Shown: positions 1 to 12,618 of the stretch, piece after piece
How the letters are laid out: every line of letters begins with the position of its first letter
Numbering within the stretch: the first letter of the stretch is position 1
NCBI RefSeq assembly: GCF_963921235.1
Contig: NC_086097.1
Coordinates: 217,684,001-217,748,000 of the forward strand
Length of the DNA: 64,000 nt
Direction of reading: 5' to 3'
Source: Mobula hypostoma
Taxonomy: Eukaryota
Position numbers and translations under genes: made by a program
The notes under the pieces: generated by a model
Told to the model about the DNA's origin: nothing
Databases searched by the model: none
The model's input: only the letters and a program-made list of their open reading frames with translations

Positions 1-157
1 TAGGTCGGCCAGGACAGGCAGGTTTGTGGATCTTGGGTAGGAGGTAGAAACGGGAAGTGCGGGGTGTGGGAACTATAAGGTTGGTAGCAGTGGATGGGAG
101 ATCCCCTGAGCGGATAAAGTCGGTGATGGTGTGGGAGACAATGGCCTGGTGCTCCTT
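1..157 (-). mobile_element. Penelope-like element RT fragment, inverted, running off the window edge
   Basis: Minus-strand translation KEHQAIVSHTITDFIRSGDLPSTATNLIVPTPRTSRFYLLPKIHKPACPGRP, a PLE RT N-terminal KIHK/GRP motif. Confidence 0.85.
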
Positions 158-177
158 TCCATCCCCCACCAGGAAGG

Positions 178-2101
178 TTGCCCCACCGAACTCGTTTCTG
201 CATACCTCGACACGGTTTTATCCCCCCCATTCAATCCCTTCCTACCTATGTTCGTGACACTTCTCACACTCTTAAACTTTTCGATGATTTTAAGTTCCCT
301 GGCCCCCACCACTTTATTTTCACCATGGATGTCCAGTCCCTATATATTTCCATCCCCCATCAGGAAGGTCTCAAAGCTCTACGCTTCTTTTTGGATTCCA
401 GACCTAATCAGTTCCCCTCTACCACCACTCTGCTCCGTCTAGCGGAATTAGTCCTTACTCTTAATAATTTCTCCTTTGGCTCCTCCAACTTCCTCCAAAC
501 TAAAGGTGTAGCTATGGGTCCTCGCTATGCCTGCCTTTTTGTTGGCTTTGTGGAACAATCTATGTTCCGTGCCTATTCTGGTATCTGTCCCCCACTTTTC
601 CTTCGCTACATCGACGACTGCATTGGTGCTCCTTCCTGCACGCATGCAGAGCTCGTTGACTTTATTAACTTTGCCTCCAACTTTCACCCTGCCCTCAAGT
701 TTACCTGGTCCATTTCCGACACCTCCCTCCCCTTTCTAGATCTTTCTGTCTCTGTCTCTGGAGACAGCTTATCCACTGATGTCTACTATAAGCCTACTGA
801 CTCTCACAGCTATCTGGACTATTCCTCTTCTCGCCCTGTCTCTTGCAAAAATGCCATCCCCTTCTCGCAATTCCTCCGTCTCCGCCGCATCTGCTCTCAG
901 GATGAGGCTTTTCATTCTAGGACGAGGGAGATGTCTTCCTTTTTTAAAGAAAGGGGCTTCCCTTCCTCCACTATCAACTCTGCTCTTAAATGCATCTTCC
1001 CCATTTCACGTACATCTGCTCTCACTCCATCCTCCCGCCACCCCACTAGGAATAGGGTTCCCCTGGTCCTCACCTACCACCCCACCAGCCTCCGGGTCCA
1101 ACATATAATTCTCCGTAACTTCTGCCACCTCCAACGGGATCCCACCACTAAGCACATCTTTCCCTCCCCCCTCTCTGCATTCTGCAGGGATCGCTCCCTA
1201 CGCGACTCCCTTGTCCATTCGACCCCCCATCCCTCCCCACTGATCTCCCTCCTGGCATTTATCCGTATAAGCAGAACAAGTGCTACACATGCCCTTACAC
1301 TTCCTCCCTACCTCCCTTACTCAGGGCCCCAAACAGTCCTTCCAGGTGAGGCAACACTTCACCTGTGAATCGGCTGGGGTGATATACTGCGTCCGGTGCT
1401 CCCGATGTGGCCTTTTATATATTGGCGAGACCTGACGCAGACTGGGAGACTGCTTTGCTGAACACCTATGCTCTGTCTGCCAGAGAAAGCAGGATCTCCC
1501 AGTGGCCACATATTTTAATTCCACATCCCATTCCCATTCTGACATGTCTATCCACGGCCTCCTCTACTGTAAAGATGAAGCCACACTCAAGTTGGAGGAA
1601 CAACACTCTATATTCCGTCTGGGTAGCCTCCAACCTGATGGCATGAACATCGACTTCTCTAACTTCCGCTAATGCCCCACCTCCCCCTCGTACCCCATCT
1701 GTTACTTATTTTTATACACACATTCTTTCTCTCACTCTCCTTTTTCTCCCTCTGTCCCTCTGAATATACCCCTTGCCCATCCTCTGGGTCCCCCCCCACC
1801 GCCGTCTTTCTTCCCGGACCTCCTGTCCCATGATCCTCTCGTATCCCTTTTGCCAATCACTTGTCCAGCTCTTGGCTCCATCCCTCCCCCTCCTGTCTTC
1901 TCCTATCATTTTGGATCTCCCTCTCCCCCTCCAACTTTCAAATCCCTTACTCACTCTTCCTTCAGTTAGTCCTGACGAAGGGTCTCGGCCTGAAATGTCG
2001 ACTGCACCTCTTCCTAGAGATGCTGCCTGGCCTGCTGTGTTCACCAGCAACTTTTATGTGTGTTGCTTGAATTTCCAGCATCTGCAGAATTCCTGTTGTT
2101 T
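178..2101 (+). mobile_element. Penelope-like element, 5'-truncated: RT, GIY-YIG endonuclease and 3' terminal repeat
   Basis: RT motifs TMDVQSLY, QTKGVAMG, LRYIDD, FLDL, VYYKPT in ORF 178-1368; GIY-YIG VIYCVRCSRCGLLYIGET at ~1379-1432; terminus GMNIDFSNFR* at 1673; few disabling mutations. Confidence 0.92.
1968..2003 (+). ncRNA. Minimal type-I hammerhead ribozyme motif in a PLE terminal repeat
   Basis: AGTC-CTGACGA-AGGGTCTCGGCCT-GAAA-TGTC-GACT: hammerhead core boxes with helix I AGTC/GACT. Confidence 0.7.
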
Positions 2102-2247
2102 CCTGATAATTGAAGCACATTTTCTTTATATTTTCCAGTCAAAATTAAACAAAGTTTTGAACTGAAAAGGGATTTATTTAAATAAATATCTTCATACCAA
2201 CAGAAATCTAACCAGTAATACGACACGTGAAAATATTTTGAAAGATT

Positions 2248-5061
2248 GAGAGGACTTCTGGGTCACTAAGAGAATGGCAGCATAACAAAAGGTCTCTTGA
2301 CAAAAAAAGAACGTAATCTGCCCCAAAGTTGAAATTAGACAAATATTTAGTGTTGCATAACTCTATCAATAAAAGGGACAAGGATGGAGTTTAAGTACAA
2401 GAATAAAAATCCGCTCAGAAGGCTGATAAATATAAAAAGACGCAGCAAGACGAGGGGCCTAGCTCCCCACGGCAAGCCAGGATGGAGATAATCTGGAAGA
2501 ATCAGTGAATCTGACTTTGATTCTTTGAGAGATTCGTGATTTCCGACAAGATATCAACAAACAGCCAGAAGGTATTAAAGGAGAAATAGGAAAAACTAAT
2601 CTGAGGTTAGATGAAGCCGAAGTGAGGATTGTAGAGACTGAGGAGTGGCTGCAAAACGCAGAGGAAGTGATAGGAGAAACGCTAAAGCTACAAGGGCAGC
2701 TCCAGTGGAAACTGATAGACCAAGAAGGGAAAATGTGAGGATCTATGGAGTTCCTGAAGGAGCTGAAGGTAAACATGGATTGATGATTCCCTTGGTGAAG
2801 AAGCTGCTTAGAACCTTGAAATACCAGGCGTAAAAGACCTACAGATAGAAAGGGCCCACCACGCATTGGCACCACAACCCCCGGCAGATGCCCAGCCCAG
2901 ATCGATTTTAGTCAGATTTCTCAGCTACAGAACGAAGGAAGAAGTGCTTAAACTGGCATGGCAAAAGAAAGGCTTTATGTGGAACAACTGTAAAATCAGT
3001 TTAGACCACGATTACACACCGAGGATCCTTGCCAGGTGGAAGGAGTACGCGGAAAGACGGAGGGTCCTGAAGGAAAACAACATCAGATTTCAGACCCTGT
3101 ATCCAGCTCAGCTACGAGTCTTTTACGACGAAGGGACGAAAACCTACGCTACAGTGGAAGAGGCAACATCGGATCTGGCGGTTCAGGGACTACCCATAAA
3201 AGTTATCACCCAACTGGAGTCGTTACTGGAGAAGATTTGGCGGTGGACGTGGCAGCCAGTGCGGCGAGGTCACTCCACTCGAACCAGAGTGTCAAGTTAT
3301 AAGGAAAAGCTGCAAGTATTCAGACGTGAACATACGGAGAGTGTAGAGTAATTGAGAAATGTCTGAAAAGAGTAAATCATACTTGAAGGTAAAATGAAAG
3401 CTGATAATTGAAAATAATCTAGACGGAATAACTTGAATGATAGCAATATGGTGGAGACATAAAAAGGAAAGAATTCTCTATGGCTGTTCACTCTGCGGAG
3501 GGCCCTCCAACACAGACTAGAAATAGGGGTTATCCCTCTGAACTGAGGCAGGTCAGTGCTCAGGCCTCACTGTTGGAAGTTGGGAAAAATTTTCAAATGT
3601 TCTATGTTCAAAAATACCTAGGGTTTGGTTTTATGTTCTGGTTTACTGTTGAGAAGGGATTGCTTACTGTTGGTTTAGAAAAGGAGAGTGTTTTTTTTTC
3701 TATAAGAGAAAAATGCAAATTGAAGTGATAAAAATAATTTCCTATAATGTAAATGGGGTTTTGAATCCAATTAAGAGAAATAAGATTATGCCTAAACTGA
3801 AAAAAGAGAGGGCACAAATAGCTTTCCTTCAGGAAACACACATGAACCAGTCCGAATATGCAAAATTAAAAAGAATGGGCTTTAAGCATGTATTTTATTC
3901 ATCATATAAATTGGGCCACAAAAGAGTAGTAGCTACTTTAATATCAAGTGCTCTTAATTATGAACATATTTCAGAGACTAAAGACAAGGATGGACGATTT
4001 GTAAAAATTACAGGATATACAGACTTATCAACAGCAGAATTAGAATTTTTCAAGATTCTGATTCGGCTTACAGTTCAATACCAAGTAAATCAATTTCTCG
4101 ATTATATAATGCCCTCTCTCATGCCAGGGATTTACAGGGGGATGGGAAGCGGAGTGCCAGAGCTAACAGTGTGGCTGGGGTGAAAATAAATGATGTTAAA
4201 AGTTCAAGCAAAGCCGCAAATAGAAAGGTTGTGAGTGGTGGTAAAAATCTTCTGAGGTGTATATATTTCAATGCTAGGGGAAGGCAGACAAGTTGAGGGC
4301 GTGGATTGACATGTGGAATTATGACATTATAGCAATTAGTGAAACTTGGCTAACGGAGGGGCAGGACTGGCAGCTTAATGCAGGCCCTTTTAGCGGCAAG
4401 TAAGAAAACAATCACCGGAAAGTGGTTACATCCAACATCACCTGCATTAGAAGATTGGCATGAAATCATTCTGGAAATTCACCAGCAACTTTGATGTATG
4501 TTGCTGGAAATATTTAAAATGGAAAAGGTGACCTACTCTCTGAGAATTCAAAAGGAAAAATTTTATCAAATTTGGAATAAATGGATTGAATTTATAACCC
4601 CAGAGCGAGCAGACTTTAAATGACTCTCCTAATGGTTTATACTGTTCATCTCTCCAACATAGTAATAGTGTTAAAGTAAGCACCCTTGGCTCGAACATTT
4701 ACTGCTCTTTTTTTTTGGAAAATGTGGAATTAACAAAAGTAAAGAAAAGATCTGGGGAAATTTTGGACCTGAAAGAAATGGACCAGAAGAGATACATGGA
4801 AATTAGTATTCAACCACTATTATTAATATTTTTATAACTATTATCATTATTTAGTTTAATAGAGTGGAATTACAATTGCACATAAATATCTATTTGAGTG
4901 CCTAATTATTTTCTATATTTTATCTCAATGTGCACTTGTGAATGTACAAATTAATATAGATTTACTCACATAAAAAATGGAAAAGGTTATACTGTATATA
5001 TAAAAAGAAGTTTGTGTATTACTTGTGAATACCTTATCCAAATAAAATAAAATTTAAAAAA
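2248..5061 (+). mobile_element. L1-clade LINE with both termini, ORF1 and the ORF2 endonuclease start, but most of ORF2 deleted
   Basis: ORF1 motifs RRENVRIYGVPEG, PRSILVRFL and DHDY; ORF2 endonuclease IISYNVNG...AFLQETH (3713+); ORF2 C-terminus, 3' UTR and A-tail at 4385-5061; TSD TGAAAAT(AT/GC)TTTGAAAGATT at 2228-2247 and 5062-5081. Confidence 0.85.
4130..4382 (+). mobile_element. CR1 fragment (ORF1/ORF2 junction, endonuclease start) inside the L1
   Basis: CIYFNAR...YDIIAISETWL, resembling the endonuclease N-terminus of the other CR1s in the window. Confidence 0.7.
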
Positions 5062-5256
5062 TGAAAATGCTTTGAAAGATTAACAATCACAGTACAAAGT
5101 TCAAGGTTCCATGGCATTGTAACATATTCCAATAAACTAATGTGACATCTACTGCAAGTTTATTTCAAGACTGTGACCTGAAATAAAATTACAGTGCCAC
5201 ACAAGCAACTAAATAAAGGTCTATTGAAGTCTCAACAGATTAAGTCTGACCATTAC

Positions 5257-5346
5257 CTTTCTTTCTTCTTCAGAGAACAGGGGCATGGTCGGGTCCACTG
5301 GACAGCTATGAGCATAATGCCCCGGTGGCAAGGGGCAATTTATCAT
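5257..5346 (-). CDS. Candidate first coding segment of an unidentified protein: MINCPLPPGHYAHSCPVDPT-MPLFSEEERK..., continuing out of the window
   Basis: Open frame up to a phase-0 donor; the second ATG (5286) has a good Kozak context (CCGACCATG). Protein not recognised. Confidence 0.4.
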
Positions 5347-5398
5347 CCAAATTGGAACAAACAGCTGCTACCATGATTTATGATGACACTTTTGCTAG
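5257..5398 (-). other. Candidate exon 4 of the unidentified transcript (tandem acceptors, exon start 5398 or 5394)
   Basis: Acceptor ttttttatcgtctag|ctag|; donor AAG|GTAATG at 5257/5256; more GC-rich than its flanks. Confidence 0.55.
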
Positions 5399-6349
5399 CT
5401 AGACGATAAAAAAATCCCATGTCTTTTTGTAGCCTAATTTATCATTTGGAGAATACGTAAAACTCAGTTTTTATTGATGTACAACAATTGCCCAAGACAA
5501 TTATGTTGTGCAAAAATATCAATTTTAGACATATCTTAAATAACTTAATAAACTAGGTAACTTTATAGTTCTGCCTTTTTAACAGAATTTCTGTTGCTGT
5601 AAATATATCAGAAGATAACATTTTTAATTTCTACAAAATTGATCCAAATAACTTTAATTATAGCATTTAAAAAGTGTTCATTTCTCAAGAGACAGAACTG
5701 TAAAGCAGATATTAAATTTGACAAGCCTTTGCTAAACGGAGTGGATCATTGTTAACAGTTCTTATTTTATTGGTGGAAGTAGACAGACTGGAAAAGACGT
5801 AGAAAGAACTTACTAGGATGATACAACTGAAAAAAAAATTATATTTGAAGCAGAATAGGCTAGACTCTTTCCCAAGAAAAGGTAAGATCAAGAGTGTGAT
5901 TTGATATAAATTTTTAAGATTATGTTAAATATGAAGACGTTTCCAATTATGATTAAGATTTAAGATTATGTTAAATATTTCATTTGTTAAACACAAAGAT
6001 GTTTCCAATTACAGGTGAGACAAGACATGTATTGGGGACATAAATAGAAGATGACGACTAACAATTCTTTCATGAAGTACTGTATACACCCAGAGATAAA
6101 TTTGAATGCTGAATTAATTCAAAGAGGTACCACTTGCCTCTGCTCCTGCCAGCTCTGGTCAGCACAAGTACTGAATCAGACCTTCTCCTGATGAAAGCAC
6201 AGTCTTTGACAGTACCTAAGGAGCAGTGAGCTCTCAAACTGCAAGGAGTGAAAAACAAAGGAAATCACATCAGGAAACTTGAAATCCACTTCAACTACAC
6301 TGAAACCATAATTCTCTGCTTTCTTCATAGTGCCTTAAATATGCACTCT

Positions 6350-7750
6350 TCTTTGAATCTGGCTCCAAAGATGGAGAGAGAAAGATTAAGAAAGGGGAGA
6401 GAGGTGTCAGAGATCGATCAAGTAAACCTGGAGTTTAAGGCAAAATTGATGAAAATGACAAGCTCTAATTGGGCACAGGAAGCAGCAACAATACAGTCAT
6501 CAATCTGACAAAGAAAGAGTTGGGGCACATTACCAGTGAAAGGTTAGAACATCTATTGATAACTTCTACAAACTCACTGACTCCCATAGTTACCTTAACT
6601 ACACCTGTTCCCACCCTGTCATTTGCAAGGATGCTAGTCTGTTCTCTCAGTTCATTTATCTCTGCTGTATCTGTTCTCATGATGAGGCATTCCATTCCCT
6701 CACATCTAAGATGTCTTTTTTTTTTTCCCCCCAGAAAATGTACTTTCCTGTCCACTGCCATTAAAGTAGCCCTCAACCACAGTTTTTCCATTTCCCACAC
6801 ATCTGCCCGCACCCCATCACCCCCGTCCCCGAACATACAGGGATAGGGTTCACCTTGTCCTCACCTACAATCCCACCAGCTTCCATATCCAATACATCAT
6901 TCTCCATAACTTCCACCTCCAGGCACACCTTCACCTCCCCTTTCCACTTTCTGCAGAGATTGCTCTCTCTGTGACTCCTTTATCAAGTTGTCCTTCCTCA
7001 CCAACCAGCCTCCAGACATTTAACCCTGCAACATGGCTAAGTATGACACCCGACCCTACACCAAGTCCCTCACCACCATTCAGGACACCAAGCACTCCTT
7101 CCATTTGAGACAGTGCTTCACATGCAAATCTATAGGTGTCACTTATCATATCCAGTGCTCCTAATGAAATCTCCTCTACATTGGTGAGACATAACGCAGA
7201 CTGGGGGAATTAGCTTCATCGAGCACCTTCGCTCCATCTGCTAAATTACCTAGGATCTCCTGGTGGACAACTATTTTAATTCCACTTCACATACCCACAC
7301 TCACTTGTCGTACAGTCTCCTCCACTGTCACACTGAAGCCAGATGCAGGTGGAATGATCAACACCTCATATTCTGTTTTGGTAGTCTCCAAACTGACGTT
7401 ATGACATTAATTTCTCTAACTTCCAGTACCACTCCCCTCTGCTCCCTCTCACACCTGTTTTCCCTTTTCCCTGTGGCCCCCTTATCCCTTCTCTTTCCCC
7501 TCTTCACCGGCCCATCACCTTCTCATTCCTTCCACTGGTTTCCCCAGCTTCTTCTGCTTATTGTACGGACTACTATCCCGTCCTATTAGATTCCTCCTTC
7601 AGCCTTTTGTCTTCCACACCTTTCACCTCAAAATTTCTCAGATTATTCCTCTTTCTACCCCTCCCCCATCCTCCTGCCTCCCCCTTCTCACCTAGATTCA
7701 TCTATCACCTGCTAGCTCCTCCTCATTCTCTCTGCTACCCTTTTACTCGG
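6350..7750. mobile_element. Degraded Penelope-like element: inverted RT piece (~6350-6550, minus) joined to a plus-strand RT/GIY-YIG/3' part
   Basis: Colinear similarity to 640-1950 (e.g. gatagggttcaccttgtcctcacctac, ctacattggtgagac). Confidence 0.75.
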
Positions 7751-8065
7751 GCTTTAATAGCTACTGTGCATTTTAGCAACTCAGCTAATTCACAATTTTC
7801 CAGAGTTATTAAAACAGCTTTGCTTACACTTTAAACTGCAAATTCATCCGTCTATTTGCTTTATCCTGGAAAACAGTTAGTGCAGTTAAATAGTTTTGAA
7901 CCAAGTAGCAAATGATATACTCAACAATATTGGTATATAGAAATCTACATGGACTTAACTTTTACATAACTGGCATCTTTGTTGTACTTTGACCAAAATA
8001 CATTTTGAATTCTTCTATTTTGATTAAAATTTGAAAGCACAGTATGCAACTGGGTGCATACTTAC

Positions 8066-8111
8066 AAATTCATATATTCTTCAGAAGTTGCAAACCAGAT
8101 GACCAGTGATT
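8066..8111 (-). other. Candidate exon 3 (46 nt) of the unidentified transcript
   Basis: Acceptor tcttccctcatag|A and perfect donor TTT|GTAAGT in a unique island between repeats. Confidence 0.5.
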
Positions 8112-8384
8112 CTATGAGGGAAGATATACCAAGACCCGTTACCTATTTTAGGAGTGCCTCATCTGAACTAGTATTTACCTTGGGAATTAGGAACCTACAT
8201 TATTTCACTTAATTATTCATTAACACGTTTTTATTTCTGATCAGTGTCAAAATGTCATTTACATTCCAGCTCAGGTCATAGAAAGCACAGCATCGTTTTT
8301 GAGAGGAATAGAAAACCATCAAAAGCAACAAAATTCTACCAATTGTCAAGAGTGAATTAATCGTGTAATCTTTTAAATTACGCA

Positions 8385-8612
8385 GAGAGGTTTTTTTTAT
8401 GCAGAGAGTGTTGAGTGCATGGAATGGGCTGCCGGTGGCAGTGGTGGAGGCGTAAACGATAGGGTCTTTTAAGAGACTCCTGGATGGCTACATGGAGCTT
8501 AGAAAATAGAGGGCTATGGGTAAAGCCTAGGAAGTTCTAAGGTGAGGCCATATTCCGCACAGCTTTGTGGGCCGAAGGGCCTGAATTGTGCTGTATGTTT
8601 TCTATGTTTCTA
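8385..8612 (+). mobile_element. CR1 3' end
   Basis: FFxQRVxxAWN motif and (TTTCTATG)n tail. Confidence 0.8.
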
Positions 8613-9499
8613 CTATCTGATTAATATTTGGTGGATCTGTACGAGGCAAATAAAAATACTCTTTTGCAGTAACAAAATACATACAATTACAGTATTTTCT
8701 CTGTTATGAGCTCTTGAAATGCCAAACTTACATTCAAAAATAAAAATCCAAATTGTTATTACATATTGTACTGTGTTTAAGATAAAACATAGCCGACAGT
8801 TGTCTGCTCTTCAATTTGATATTGTGGCATACCCAAACGCAAAGCTACCTTGCTGTCCAATCCTCAAATTCTTTGTTTTCTTTATTGATCTACCCATACC
8901 CACAGCAATAAACAGTATCAGTCTCAACTACACTCAAAGACTATACTAATTCGGAGTAAAGAAATCCAAAGATTCACAGAAAAATAATTTCTGGACTCAA
9001 ATATACTGAGCCTCCAGCTCCTTGTTCAAGATATTCCAAGAAAAAAAATTGCTTCTTGCCACCTACCTATGTCAACCTTCCACAAAATCTTACATTTTAA
9101 TGAAAATACCCCTCATCCTTCCAAACACCAGGGAGTAAATGGTGCATCTTACTCGGACTCTCCTCAGAGGATCAGCCTTTCTTCCCAAGAATATGTCAAA
9201 CTGCATCATGCCACTTATGATCCTTTGAAAAAAAGGGAGAATTTTTAATACTCTGAGGAGTAGAGCGGTTTAAAAAGAGAACAAAGTTTAGGATCTAATC
9301 AGCTGAAAGAAAAATGATAGAAAGGCATCCGTCATAATACCCAGAAAATAAAAAGGGCACCGCTACTAAAGCTGCTGCCTCACATGTCAGTGATCCAGGC
9401 TCAAACTTACTCTCTGGTGCTCTATGTGCACATTCTTCCTGTGATCATATTGGCATTACTTTCTTTTCCTCTCATGTCTCAAAGACATGTGGAACAATA

Positions 9500-12400
9500 A
9501 AACCATAAGATATAGGAGCAGAATTAGGCTATTTGGCCCATTGAGTCTGCTCTGCCATTTCATCATGGTTAATCCATTTCTCCTCAGCCCCAATCTCCTG
9601 ACTTCTCCCCATATCCCTTCATGCCCTAACTAATCAAGAATTTATCAGCCTCTGCCTTAAATATACCCAATGACTTGGTCTCCACAGCCACTGTGGCAAT
9701 GAATTCCACAGATACACCACTCTCTGGCTAAAGAAATTCCTTCTCATCTCTGTTCTAAAGGGATGTTCTGAGGCTGTACCCTTTGGCTCATCACAGCAAA
9801 CATCTTCTCCACATTCTTTATCAAGGCTTTTTAACAATTGATAGGTCTTAATGAGATCCCCCCTCATTCTTCTGAATTCCAGTAAGTACAGGCCCAGAGC
9901 CATCAAGTGCTCCTCATATGACAACCCTTTCAATCCTGGAATCATTTTTGTGAACCTCCTTTGAACCCTCTCCAATGTCAGCACATAATTTCTGAGCTAA
10001 GGGACTCTAAACTGCTCACAATATTCCAAGTGAGGCCTCACCAGTGCCCTATAAAGCCTCAGTATTACATCCCTGCTTTTACATTCTAGTCCCCTCCAAA
10101 TGAAAGCTCAATCTACAAATTGACTGTTAGGGAATTCTGCACGAGCTTCCAAGTTCCTTTGCACCCCAGATTTTTGAATCTTCAGTCCCTTTAGAAAATA
10201 CATCTACTCTTTTATTTCTTCCACCAAAGTACATGACCATACACTTCCCACCACTATATTCCATCTGCCACTTCTTTGCCCATTTTCCTAATCTGTCTAA
10301 GTGCTCTGTAGCCACTCTGCTTCCTCAACACTACCTGGCCCTCCACCTATTTTTGTATCATCCGCAATCCTGGCCACAGTGTCATCAATTCCATCATACA
10401 AATCATTGACATATTATGCAAAGAGAAGCGGTCAACACAGACCCCTGTGGATCACCACTAGTCACTGGCAATCAACCAGAAAAAAGCTCCCTTTATTCCC
10501 ACTCTTTGCCTCCTGCCAATCAGCCAATGCTCTATCCATGCTAGGTATCATTCCTGTAATACCATGGGCTCTTAACTTGTTAAGAAGCCTCATGTGTGGC
10601 ATCTTGTAAAAAGCCTTCTGAAAATCCAAGTACACAACATTCACCGATTCTCCTTTGCCTATCCTGCTTGCTATTTCTTCAAAGAATTCCAACAGATTGG
10701 TCGAGCAAGATTTTCCCCTAAGGAAACCATGCTGACTTCGGCATATTTCATCATGTACCTCCAAGTACCCTGAGACCTCATCCTTTATAATTGACTCCAA
10801 CATATTCTCAACTACTGACTAACTGACCTATAATTTCCTTTCTTCTGCCTCTCTCCCTTCTTGAAGGGTGGAATGACATTTGCGAGTAGAGAGAATGACA
10901 TCCTCTGGGACCATGCCAAGGAAGGTCTATTGATTCTTCAAAGATTATTACCAATGTCTCAACAATCTGTTCAGCTACCTCTTTCAATCCCTGAGGTGTA
11001 ACCCTCTGGTCCAGGTGATTTAAATAGAACATAGAATAGTACAGCACAGTACAGGCCCTTCAGCCCACAATGTTGTGCCGACCCTCAACCCTGCTTCCCA
11101 TATAACCCCCCACCTTAAATTCCCCCATATACCTGTCTAGCAGTCTCTTAAACTTCACTAGTGTATCTGCCTCCACCACTGACTCAGGCAGTTCATTCCA
11201 CGCACCAACCACTCTCTGAGTAAAAAACCTTCCTCTAATATCCCCTTTAAACTTCCCACCCCTTACCTTAAAGCCATGTTGTCTTGTACTGAGCAGTGGT
11301 GCCCTGGGGAAGAGGCGCTGGCCATCCACTCTACCTATTCCTCTTATTATCTTGTACACCTCTATCATGTCTCCTCTCATCCTCCTTCTCTCCAAAGAGT
11401 AAAGCCCTAGCTCTCTTAATCTCTGATCATAATGCATACTTTCTAAACCAAGCAGCATCCTGGTAAATCTCCTCTGTACCCTTTCCAATGCTTCCACATC
11501 CTTCCTATAGTGAGGCGACCAATACTGGACACAGTACTCCAAGCGTGGCCTAACCAGTTTTATAGAGCTGCATCATTACCCCACAACTCTTAAACTCCCT
11601 TCAGACCATTCAGTTCCCCAATCACCATCTCCCTAGAAATGGCAACTTCATTCACTTTTGCTCTTTGATAGTCTCGAACTTCCAGCACGCTGCTAGTGTA
11701 TTCAACAGTGGAGACTGATGCAAAATATTTGTTCAGTTTGTCTGCCATTTCCTTGCCCCCATCACTCCCTCTGCAGCATCATTTTCAGGCAGTCTTCTAT
11801 CTACTCTTGGGTCTCTTTTACTCTTCGTATATGTGAAGAAACCCCTCGTATACTTTTTAATAGTATTAGCTAGCTTACCTTCATACTCCATATTTTCTCT
11901 CTTTATGACTTTTTTTTAACTTGCCTTCTGTTGGTTTTTAAAAGCTTCCTAATTCTCTAACTCCCACTAATTTATGCTCTATTATATACCCTCTCTTTGG
12001 CTTTGACTTCCGGTGTCAGTCATGGTTGTGCCATCTTGCCCTTAGAATACTTCTTCTTTGGTTTGTATCTAACCTGCACAATCCAAATTGCTCCCATTAA
12101 CTCCAGCAATTGCTAGTCTGCCGTCAGCCCTGTTAGTGTCCCATTCTAATCAACTCTGACCAGTTTCTCTCTCTTGCATCTGTAACTCCATTTACTCCAC
12201 TGTAACACATCTGACTTTAACTCTCCCTCTAAAATTGAAGAGTGAATTCTATCATGTTATGATCATGAGGCCCAAGGATTCTTTCACCTTAAGCTCTCTT
12301 AATCAATTCCAGTTCATTGCACAACACCCGATCGAGAATAGCTGATCCCCTCGTGGGCTCAATCACGAGCTGCTCTAAAAAGCCATCTCGTAGGCATTCT

Positions 12401-12608
12401 AGAAATCCCCCCCTTGGAATCCAATATCAACTTGATTTTCCCAATCCACATGCATATTAAAATCCCCCATGACTGCCATTCCCCTTTTTGACATGTCTTT
12501 TCTGCCTTCTCTTGTAGTCCACATCTTTGCTACTGTTTCAAGGCCTGCATCTAAACCCATCCAGGTCTTCTTACTCTTGCAGTTTCTTACCTCTACCCAC
12601 AACAATCC
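9500..12608 (-). mobile_element. CR1 LINE ORF2 (endonuclease + RT), degraded, with a nested CR1
   Basis: Fragments MGDFNMHVDW, SQHGFLRGKSCSTNLLEFF, VYLDFQKAF and LERVQRRFTKMIPG. Confidence 0.88.
11025..11598 (-). mobile_element. Younger CR1 3' end nested in the CR1 above
   Basis: Intact ORF 11060-11542 EYCVQYWSPHYRKDVEALERVQRRFTRM...; tail repeat at 11025-11040. Confidence 0.88.
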
Positions 12609-12618
12609 TATACCGAGT

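Noticed and set aside
1712..2165. Recurring ORFs MLVNAAGQAASLGRG... and MILSYPFCQS... (also at 12.6 kb and 63.2 kb) as a gene family
   Set aside because: They are chance frames in the multicopy PLE terminal repeat.
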